DNA from: Lepidodermella squamata
Taxonomy: Eukaryota; Animalia; Gastrotricha
DNA: 64,000 bases
Assembly: GCA_047495785.1 (NCBI GenBank)
Contig: JBLDXI010000002.1
Coordinates: 2,232,001-2,296,000 of the forward strand
Direction: 5' to 3'
The translations under genes and the position numbers were made by a program. This document shows positions 22,317 to 33,518 of this stretch, one piece after another; the first letter of the stretch is position 1; each line of letters opens with the position of its first letter. A model generated the notes under the pieces. It was not told where the DNA came from. It made no database searches and worked only from the letters and a program-made list of their open reading frames with translations.

Positions 22317-25300
22317 ATGGCTTGTTGCGGCCCAAATGTCGAGCAGGACAGTTTCTATCGCAGTGAGCACATGTCCTACTGCGAATTGTTCCTCCAAACT
22401 GAAACGTTAGTTCCAGCCAAGTTTCGGAATATTTTATAATTTTTTGTTTGTAGGGCCTATGCTTGCATAGCGGAGATCGGAGAGGCGAACATAACGCAAT
22501 TCACCGATGTAATTAATTTTGGCCTAATTCTTTGTTTTATTAATGAACTTCTGCTTTACAGCTGAACGAAGAAGTTTCTTCTTACCAACGGAAGGTAAAA
22601 TTTTAGAGACTTTCGACTGAGACTGGCCTTATTGCTGAATTTACCTAGTATATGAAAGAGATTCGAGAGCTGGACGAAACTGAACGGCAGCTTCGTAAGT
22701 AAAATATTAGATCCCTGGCTTGGGTTTAACTTGGAAATTGTACAGGAACACTTGAAGTTGAACTTAAGAAGGAAAACCTGAAAATTCCGTTCGATGTTGG
22801 AAATCCGCCAGCACCTCTGCCGAAAGATTTGCTAGCTTTGAAAGTAAGCACAATATTTTTTTAATTTCCTGTTATTATTGATGGTATTACTTTAGAAAAA
22901 AGTGCATCATGCTGTTAAGCAGCTTAATTACATCGGGACAAGTTCATTGGAGGTTCGAGCCAAAAAGTACGAACTGCTACAACGCGAGCAAGTTCTAAAG
23001 CTGACTGAATCATATTTTGCGGATGTAATTAATTCAATTTTTTCCCGAATTTTCGCCTATTTTTTCTGCTGTAGAATTCTTCGCCGCAAGGTATGTCAAA
23101 TGTTACAGCGGACCAGCCGCCGGTACGACCTTCAACTTCGGCGGCACGGGGCGACGAATCTACCGAGCCGGTTTTGGATCGAACGAGCCAGTTGCGTTTC
23201 GTTAGTGGCGTCGTTCCGCGTGAAAAAGCTGCCACCCTAGAACGCATGTTATGGCGCATAGGCCGCGGTAATATCCTTCTCCGAAGTTGGCCAATTGAAG
23301 AGGATTTGGAGGATCCTAAAACGGTGAAATTTATCTCTCGAGTTGTGCTGGGCTTCAACGTTTTTCGTTGTTATAGGGAACTACCGATAAACTGAACGCA
23401 TTTATTGCGATTTTCCAAGGCGAGGCGCTGAAGAATAACGTTCTGAAGGTCTGCGCGGCATTTCACGCCGTTATTTTCTCCATACCAGACACTGCCGAGG
23501 AGAGGATTGCCCTTCTAGCCACCATTAAGACCCGGCTCGAAGACATGAAAACTATTCTCAACGAAGCCGAGATGCACAAGATTAAGCTGATGGCTGGAGT
23601 TGCGAATGACCACAGGTCGTGGACTGTTCAGATTCGGAAGGCCAAGGCCGTTTACCACGTGTTGAACATGCTGAACCCTGATATCACCGATAAATACCTG
23701 ATCGGCGAATTCTGGTGCCCTACTAGAGATTTTCACCGCGTGGAAACCGCCCTGAATGCCGCCTGTACGAAGGTCCAAGGCAACCTGCAAATCGGCGTGC
23801 CTTACATTGTTCAAAAATTGGACCAACACCCGAAGAAAGTGCCGACCTATTTCAGGCTGAACAAGGTTACGAAAGCGTACAACTCAATCGTTAGTGCCTA
23901 TGGTATTGCCCGTTATCAAGAAGTCAACCCGGCTCTTTATACGACAATTACTTTCCCGTTTCTATTTGCTATCATGTTCGGTGACATTGGCCACGGTTTT
24001 ATCGTGCTGCTCTTCGGCATGTTTCTCTGCATTAAGGAGGAATCACTCGCTAAAGTTGCCCAGCGCCAAGAGGTGAATAATTTAAGGGAGATTATTTTAT
24101 TTTATCAATTTATATGTTTTTAGTCATTCAAAATGATTTTTGGCGGTCGATACGTCATTCTGCTTATGGGAATATTTTCGATCTATACCGGCCTGATTTA
24201 CAACGATTTCTTCAGCAGAGCCATCAATATATTTCAGTCGCAGTGGCACACGGATTATTCGTAAAATTAATTGTTGTGAAAAATATAAAAATTAATTTCC
24301 CCATTTTTACAGAATTGAAGAGTTGGTCAAAGAGGAGCATTTTCAGCTTACAGCCTTTAATAAGACAAACACGAGGGACTGGCCCTACCCATTCGGACTT
24401 GACCCGGTTTGAAATTTCGAGTTGGGATTTTTTGGAACTATTTTCGTTGCTTTCTCAGGTTTGGCTGATTGCTGAAAACAAAATTATTTTCATCAACGGC
24501 TTCAAAATGAAACTTTCGGTCATTATCGGTGTCGTTCACATGTTTTTTGGTCTTATCTTATCGTTGATGAATCACATGTAATTTTCGAAAAATTATCCAG
24601 TGCTTAATTATTATTTTTATTTTATTTATTTATTTCACAGCTACTTCAGAAATTGGATCAACATTTTTTTCGAATTCATTCCGCAAGTTCTTTTCATGGT
24701 GTGCATTTTCGGCTACATGGACGCGTTGATCATCTTCAAATGGATCTACTTCAACGCAAATAACGTTGGCGAAGCGCCGTCGATCCTCATCGGGCTCATC
24801 AACATGTGCCTTTTCAAATATTCAACCGATACACCACCTGATAAATGGATTAGTGATAATGTGAGAAAATTATAATAATTAATTAAAAGTTAATTAATTA
24901 ATTTAACTAATTAATTTTTAATATTTTAAAAATAATGTTAAATACCGAATTTTTTCCAGCTAATGACTCTCCAATATGCCCTGGTCGTTCTCGCTATTAT
25001 CAGGTATAATTTTAATTAAATTCGAACTTTAAATTTTAAAACCTTCATTTTTCGAAAAAGTATTCCTTGGATGCTGATGATCAAGCCGTTCTATCTTCGC
25101 TGGAGGCATAACATTGATCAACGTCGATTGAAGGAAGAATCACGCCGGTCATCTGTCGAAGCAGCCGCAGCAGCTACTATATCACCCACAAATCGACTCG
25201 ACAGCAGTGTATCCGCCCGCACAAGTACCGCGCCCGGCGGCCAGCCGCTCGACCCGTCTAATTTCGAACTTCGCCGGTTGCAGGCCCAGCAATCGGTTAT

Positions 25301-25922
25301 TTCTGTCACCAACCTGCCGATTAGGTCCCGTACAAATACAGTAACGTCACGAGCTGGTCGGAAATCTGTCATCTCGTCAATTTCCGAACACGTCGATAAC
25401 TACATACCTGAGAATGTCGCTGATTCGAGTGACGATGACGGGTCGAAGACGTCATTAGGCAGCAGTGACGACGAGGAAAAGTTCGAGTTTGGAGAGGTTT
25501 TCATTCACCAGACTATTCATACGATCGAGTATGTGCTTGGTCTAATCAGCCACACGGCGTCTTACCTCCGTCTATGGGCGTTGAGTCTTGCGCACGCCGA
25601 ACTCAGCGAGGTCTTGTGGAACATGGTTTTCGATCGAGCCCTCGGAATGGCCAGTGGTGGTTATGCTGGTTGCGTCGCTATTTTCGTAGGCTAACTTTTA
25701 CTAAATTTTTTATTTCTATATCTGCAATTAACTTTCTAGATCATCTGGGCCGCTTGGGCAGCGTTGACCATCGCCATCTTGTGTCTGATGGAAGGCCTTT
25801 CAGCTTTCCTCCACGCCCTTCGTCTGCAATGGGTCGAGTTCCAGAGCAAATTTTACGGTGGCGACGGCGTTGCATTCAACAACTTCAACTTTAAAGAGGC
25901 GTTCCGCGTAAAAAGCGATTAA
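22317..25922 (+). CDS. ATP6V0A: V-type ATPase V0 subunit a, paralog 2
   Basis: MACCG..DSFYRSE start; [26 protein letters not shown]; [16 protein letters not shown]; [16 protein letters not shown]; 14 introns. Confidence 0.95.
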
Positions 25923-26498
25923 GCGCGGCGTCACAGAAACTGAATTTTTCTCCTATTTTTGAATCTAAAACAACCAACTACTAGCAATATTCTGATTTAT
26001 AGTTTTACATGTTAAAGCTAGTTTTTCGAAGAGCATTATCAATGATCTGATTTCTGTCTATTTTTTCTCTCTGAACTGATTTCTTGTCTCGATGACAACC
26101 AGCGATAGAATGGCTCTATGTTTTCACTAATAAAATGGCTGAAGAAATTGATATTTCCAAATTAGAATGAATTAAAAGTTTAAAATTCGTGAAATATGCT
26201 AAAAATTTAGCAAGTTTATTTCCAAAATATTGCCGTCAATTTTAAATTTTGATAAGTAGCGGCAGATTTCTGGAGACAGTTGGACGATGGCAACCAAGGA
26301 TTCAAAGTCTGTTTTTTGTACTCATAGGCGTTGAAGCTGTGAAGAATCCAGAAAGTTTGAACTTTCTTCTCTCGAAAATTATTCCGACTGCCTTTGGCGG
26401 TGCCAGTAACGCACTTGGTATTGTAAAACACCGCTTGTTTTGTTCGCGGGCACTGTAAAATTTAGAAACGTGTTCATAATCATAATCATCATCATCGC

Positions 26499-26660
26499 AT
26501 CAACTCCGAGAGTTAATATCTACATCATGTTATTGTTGCTGTAGATACACACGAATTCAATTAGCTAAACGGCCACCATCTTGATAATGAGATATAATGA
26601 TGGTTAGCCGCCGCTAGTCTTGATATACGCACGACCGTGAGCGTCAATTGCCTCAGGACG
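26499..26660 (+). promoter_or_regulatory. Conserved non-coding block upstream of V0a paralog 3
   Basis: Paralogous to 21427-21592. Confidence 0.55.
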
Positions 26661-27173
26661 ATCCGCTGTTTATTTTAGAAAAGGTGAACTCGCTTGAAGC
26701 GCCTTATTTGCCAGTTGAAATCTCTCTTGAGTCCAAGCAAGCCTACACACATCAGCAAAAAGGCGTCAAAAACGCAATGTTTTAGCTTTTCAGTTTATTT
26801 TTAGTGGAACCTCAGACGCGTTTCTCTTTTTTCTTTTCAATTCTACCTAAATTAGTTAAACATACCCTGGCCTTGCTCAACATGCTGGATCGCATGTCAC
26901 GCATTTCTCCCCGCTGTTCGCATGCCTGAACCTGGAGAGATTCCCAAGTTTTCGTGACTTGCTTGGAATCTCACTTCAAGGAAATCCAGTAATGCTTCAA
27001 CGAAGAAGCCGCAATCAATATATGAAGCCATATATTAACAAGTTTGATTTCGCTGAACGAATGCGTCAGAAAAGTTAACATTTAGTGGCCACTTGTCCCG
27101 AGAACGAGGTTAAAATTGATACTCCTTATTTTAGGCTTTAACTTTTTGGAAGATCTAACCATTTTAATTGTTG

Positions 27174-30100
27174 ATGTGCTGCAAAGGTGAAGCAATCGAA
27201 CATGACAGCTTTTATCGTAGTGAAGAAATGTCTTACTGCGAAATATTTCTTCAAACTGAAGTGTAAGTTTGAAAATGGCCTCGAAGTTACAGTTCCAACG
27301 TCTACCTCTTCATAGGGCATACGCTTGCATAGCAGAAATCGGAGAGGCTAATATCACCCAATTTACTGACGTAATCTTTTCGCTCCACCCTAAATTTTTT
27401 GTTTACAAAAATATGCGCCGACAGCAAAACGCGGACGTTACAGCTTACCAACGCACGGTAAATATTTTTTATTCAATTGATGTCGTTTCTTCATTTTTTC
27501 CGTCGTAGTACGTGAAAGAAATCCGAGAGCTGGACGATGCTGAGCGAAATTTGCGTAAATTCTCGTTTTTAATACGAACTTGGGACAATGAATCACTCCA
27601 AAATAGGTGCCCTTGAAACTGAACTGAAAAAGGACAATATCAAGGTTCCACTGGAAGTTGGCAATCCGCCTACACCTATGCCGAAAGAATTGCTAAAATT
27701 GAAGGTTCGCTATAACCTCCGAGTGCGTTAGTCCCAATTAATAAAGCATGTTTCTCCGCAGGAAAAAATCGCCGACGCACTGAAGCAGCTTAACCACATT
27801 CGAACCAGTTCATTAGAGGTTGAAGTGAAACAATTCCTATTGCATCAACGTGGGCTGGTTCTTAAACTCACCGAGTCCTACCTGGCTGATGTAATTCCTT
27901 TCAATGAGGTTGAATACTTTAACTTAGGATGGATCAATTTTATAGAGCTCGTCCCACCACCATATGTCTAATTATTCTGAACCAACTCCAGCACCGAATG
28001 AGCCTCTGCTTTCGGCCCCGCGAACTGAATCGCTGCAAGCATCTGATATCAATCTATCAAGCCAGTTGCATTTCGTCAGCGGGGTGGTACTTCGCGAGAA
28101 GGCTGCTGCCTTGGAGCGAACTCTGTGGCGAGTTGGGCGAGGCCACATTTTGCTGCGAAGTTGGCCGATTGAGGAGGACTTGGAAAATCCTACTACGGTA
28201 AATCCTATTGTCTATTTCGGTTCCAGTAAAAAAAATCTCCTAATTTTCCAGGGCCTTCCGGAGAGATCAAACGCATTCATTGCGATTTTCCAAGGAGAGG
28301 CACTAAGGAATAATCTCTTCAAAGTCTGTGCTGCATTTCATTCGACCATCTTCGCCATCCCAGACACGGCTGAAGAACGAGCAGCGCTTCGGCAAAAGGT
28401 CAACACCCAGCTCGAGGATATGAAAACTGTTCTCAACGAAGCTAACATGCATAAAATGTCGCTTATGGCCGGCGTTGCAAAGGAGCATAGGACTTGGACA
28501 ATCAAAATACGAAAGGCTAAGGCGGTTTACCATGTTTTGAACATGCTCGATCACGACATCACCGATAAATACCTCATCGGAGAATTTTGGTGTCCGACTC
28601 GTGATTTCGAGAAACTTGGCACCGTTCTGGATACGGCTTGTACCAAGGTTCACGGTGATGACCAGATCGGAGTTTCTTACATCGTTCAAATAATGGAGCA
28701 TCAGCCGAAAAAAATTCCGACGTATTTTCGAGTGAATAAGTTCACGAAAGCCTACAACTCGATCGTTAGTGCCTATGGCGTTGCTCGATATCGCGAGGTG
28801 AACCCGGCTTTGTTTACGACTATCACATTCCCGTTTCTATTCGCCATCATGTTCGGAGATATTGGCCACGGAATTATCGTCCTCCTTTTCGGCATGTTTC
28901 TATGCATCAAAGAAAAATCGTTGGCCTTAGTAGCTCAGAAGATAGAGGTAAGAAAACGGGAGCTAGAAAAGCAGCCTTAAAATTTCAATTTTCAGTCCTT
29001 CAAAATGATTTTTGGTGGTCGATACGTTATATTGTTGATGGGAATCTTTTCGATTTATACCGGCCTGATTTACAACGACATTTTCAGCAAGGCTACCAAC
29101 ATTTTCCAATCGCAATGGCATACGAACTTTACGTAATATATTTTTAAGGAATATGGGCCAAGCTAAATAATTGTTCGCTTGCAGATCTGAAGAATTGATT
29201 AAGGAGGACAATATTCAACTCGCCGTAGTTAATAGGACTAGCTTGAATGACTGGCCTTACCCCGTTGGACTGGACCCGGTTTGCTCATTTTTGTCCATAA
29301 TTTTCCCATATTATAGGACATTTTTCAGATTTGGCTAATCTCCGAGAACAAGATTATTTTCATCAATGGCTTTAAAATGAAACTTTCGGTTATTATTGGT
29401 GTCGTTCACATGTTTTTCGGCCTCACACTTTCGCTGATGAATCATATGTAAATCATGCCTGAACTTCAAAAACATGAATAATTGTTGTTCTTGACAGCTA
29501 TTTCAAGCAATGGATTAATATCTTTTTCGAATTTATCCCGCAACTTTTGTTCATGATTTGCATTTTCGGCTACATGGATGCTTTGATCGTTTTCAAATGG
29601 ATCTACTTCAACGCAAATAACGTTGGCGAAGCGCCGTCGATCCTCATCGGACTCATCAACATGTGCCTCTTCAAATACTCTGCTGATACTGCCTCGGAAC
29701 GCTGGATCAACGATAACGTAATTTTGGCTAAATTTCGGATTTTTTCAATAAATATTTTCCGCATTTTAGCTGATGCATATTCAATACGGCCTTGTTGTAG
29801 TCGCGGTTATCAGGTTAAAAATTCATCAAATTTCAATCCATAGTAAATTAATTTTCCTTTAGCATTCCATGGATGTTGTTGTTGAAGCCTTTCTACCTCT
29901 ATTACAAGAATAACAAAGAACAACAACGAAAGATATCGGCACATTTTCGAGATTCAAAGAAAGAAGCCTCGCGTGAGCCGTCAGTCGAGGCAGCGGCGAT
30001 GATCCTGCCGAAACGTATGAGCAACGCTACAACGCGCTCGAGTACAACGGCCGCCCACGACATAGAAACTCGTCATCATCACCATCACCACCATGAAACT

Positions 30101-30909
30101 CACGAGCTGCGGCGCCTCCATCCGCAAACTTCAATCATTTCGTCGAATCATCTCGAAGTCCCTCATATGGAACATCGCCGACTTCAATCGCAGCATTCCA
30201 TAATTTCGTCCGATATTCCTAATTATGAAGCTCGCCGGTTGCAAACGCAACAATCCGTGATATCCATTAACAATTTACCGATTCGGTCCCGGAGAAATAC
30301 TGCAATTTCAATTACGGGCAGGCGGTCAATAGCCGTGCCAAAATTATCCGATTTCCATGAACAAGTCTACGCCCATATGACCGCCCCTGCGATTCCTGAG
30401 TCGGAAACTGAACCCGTCAGCGGCACTGTCTCTCCAATCGCCATTCATCATGAAGAGGAAGAAGAGAAATTTGTTTTCAGCGAAGTATTTATCCACCAGG
30501 CTATTCACACGATGGAGTACGTGCTGGGATTGATCAGCCACACGGCGTCGTACCTTCGATTATGGGCTTTGAGTCTAGCGCATGCTGAACTCAGCGAGGT
30601 GTTGTGGCACATGGTCTTCGCCCGAGCTATTCACATGGCAAGTTCCAGCTACACGGGCTGTATCGCAATTTTTGTAATTTTACCTAATTTCTAAAAATTT
30701 ATGAAATAATTAAAAATATCTTCCAGGTCGTTTGGGCTTTATGGGCTGCGCTTACTGTTGTAATTCTTTGCCTAATGGAAGGCATGTCGGCTTTCCTCCA
30801 CGCCCTGCGTCTGCAATGGGTCGAGTTCCAGAGCAAATTTTACGGAGGCGATGGTTTTGCGTTCAACAGCTTCAACTTCAAAGAAGCCTTCCTGATTAAA
30901 ACAAATTGA
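27174..30909 (+). CDS. ATP6V0A: V-type ATPase V0 subunit a, paralog 3
   Basis: MCCKG..DSFYRSE start; same motifs and intron positions as paralog 2; His7 tract in the cytosolic loop. Confidence 0.95.
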
Positions 30910-31300
30910 ACCTATAGCTAGAAATCAGGAATATTTCCTCAGTTTTTCACCTTCGAATTTTTTACTCATCTTGTAACTCCATGCTGGATTTATCTACCAA
31001 TGATATTTATTCCGAAACAATAATGTAGCTGCGAATTAAATGAAGCCTCGGAATTATTTTTCGTTTATTTTCGTAAAAATAGAAACAGGTAGACATTGAT
31101 AGGTAGTGTTTTTCATTAGAGCGAACGAAGAAGCTGTGTTGCAATGTAAATAGTTGCCCCGCAAATCGACATAATTATACTCGATCTCACAAAGAAAAAA
31201 AAGTTTGTTCAATTTCATGCTTTGCATGTAATAGAGAAAAATGTTAAAATACAACACATTATTTGGAAAATTCAAATTCAGATTTTTACGGCTGTCGACT

Positions 31301-32793
31301 TCAAGACCGTCGCGCACCGGTTTCTTTACCGAACTTGCCGAACTTTCCGACGTCGCGTTTGATCGCCTTATCGTTATCCTTGATCGCCTTCTTGACGTCC
31401 TTGTAGAAATCGTTCCTCCTGCTGCGATCTTTGCTGCGATTGAAGTCTTTCTTACGGTTGTCCCTGAAGAAGTCCGGTTTCTTTTCGTAATCCTTCTTGT
31501 GATGAGTTTTGAAATCAAGATTCTTGCCGAAATCGTGATTCTTCTTGAAGAAATCGGGCTTCTTGTCGAAGTCTTTCTTGTGATGCTTATTCTTGAAAAA
31601 ATCCGACTTGGTATCGAATTCTTTATCGTGATGCTTTCTGAAATCCGGTTTGTTGTCGAAATCTTTTTTGTGGTGCTTCTTGAAAAAATCCGATTTTGTG
31701 TCGTAATTTTTGCTGTGGCGCCTCTTGAAAAAGTGCCGCTTCTTATGATGCCTCCTTCTCTTGCTGCGCGATTCCGACTCGCTTTCCTCGGTGTCGCCGC
31801 TCTCTCCAGACTCACTGCTCGATCGGTCCCACAGCCTCGGCCCTTGCCTGAACCGACACGAGTTGAAGCAAGCTTTGTAGCGGCTATCGTAAAACAAATT
31901 GCTAGAAGTTGGCGTCTGCGGAATCGGGTAACGCTGATAATCAAAAAAAATTAAGGAAGAATTTTCAATAATCTAAATTGGCTTACGAAGACTTGAACAG
32001 TCAAGTATGGACCTGTTAAAAAATTCTAAAATTATTTTCATAGTTTAAATCATCCAGAAAACCTACTCCAGCAAGTCAGGGTCTGCAAAATAAAAACGGA
32101 AACCATTAAAAAAATTTCGAGAAAATTTTAGCCAGCTTACATCGAAACCAGGCGGGCTGCAATCCTCCCAGCGTAGAGTCATAGCGGCGATGCAGATCGC
32201 CCGGCAGTACGAATACGACTTTTGATCGCAGAATTGTTGAGCATCGAAAACTGGAAATTCGCAAGTATTGTTGACTGTCGCGCCGTTGCCGTAGGTGCAC
32301 GTAATAACAGGTCTGACTGATGTTGTCGTAGAAGTCGGCGACGGGGTTGTTGGGTTGAAATTTCCACCCGGTGTTGTAGTCGTCGAGCCACACGTCTTCG
32401 TCGTTCGTTTGCAGTTGCGAGGCTTGACATCGGAGTAAGATTCATCGTCATCGTAGCCGATCTTGATTTCTTCCGTCGAATCTCCAGCCGGTTTATCGCA
32501 ACCAGCTGGCAGGGGTGGTGGCGGCCTCTTGAATCCCGGCTTTCTGAAGCCAACCTCGCCCGATCCGCCAATGTTGATGTCGTTCAAGTTTCGATTGCGA
32601 TTTTTAATCGCTAATTTTATCTTCGTCGGTCCTTGGTGACCACCACTGTCATCTTGCGATCCGTCCTGAATTTCGACGCAAGCATCACCTAGCACTAAAA
32701 TTGATTCAAAAGTGACACTTGTAACTAAAACAATCAATCGCAAAAACCTTGCTGAAAGCCAAGAGCTATCAAAAATAGTACAGCGACCCGCAT
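31301..32793 (-). CDS. Secreted protein: signal peptide, Pro/Thr-rich segment, Cys-rich domain, acidic Ser/Glu patch, C-terminal K/H/D/F repeats
   Basis: Spliced MRVAVLFLIALGFQQ|VLGDAC...; two micro-exons (about 32067-32082 and 31987-32012) keep frame into ORF 31301; repeats (K)HHKKDFDxKPDFF. Confidence 0.7.
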
Positions 32794-33518
32794 CAGAGGT
32801 AAAAGTAAATCACCTAAAACAAACAATGAAGAGTCAACCGAGTAGTGGAATGATCAATGGTTACTTTGTAATGTGTCCGAAATTTATTTTTGAATGTAGC
32901 TGCTAATTTCTGAGTGGAATAAAACAACAAATTTTATGGTAAAATTGAACTAGAAAAATTACGTTAGTTGAAAATTTTAATTTCTGTGTTAAGGCACCAG
33001 GAAAAAAGTGAATTGGCGCCTTTCGTATCTGGTCTCCCGTCGCGTGCCCCCAGGAATTGTTGCGAAAATCGAAAGAATCAAAGCACGAGCCTGTTTTCAA
33101 CCTTTTAGTCACACGATTTTTTGATTGAACAAATATCAACAAATGCGCAAGTAATATTCTGTAGCGTGGTCTTATTTCGGACAAGGTAATTTCGGACACT
33201 TTTGGCTTTGAATATAAATTCCTCCCCGGCCCTGATAGGTATGAACACCGTTCAAAAAGCAAAAGATAGCCCTGAGTTTGTTCTTTCCATTAATGTCTGA
33301 AGCAGGAAAAACGGATCAGTCGGTCAAGAATGCTAGCTGCTAGCTCATGTTCCGTTGCCATTTCCAAAATTTTCTAGCATTTCTCTTTTTCGAAAAATTA
33401 AGGCTGATCAAAATATTCGTTTTTATTTTGGCAAAAATCAAGTGTAAAATACGATTTTTTGTATCATATCACAAAAAATGCGAGTATTATAATAAAATAT
33501 TATTAAGGTGGCACAAAT

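Noticed and set aside
25686-25739. GC-AG intron in V0a paralog 2
   Set aside because: A GT donor 4 nt upstream keeps frame and matches paralog 3.
31241-31954. 237-aa hydrophobic plus-strand ORF and 296-aa alternative minus frame
   Set aside because: These mirror the K/D/F/H repeat codons, which lack stops in other frames; the spliced signal-peptide model uses the 31301 frame.
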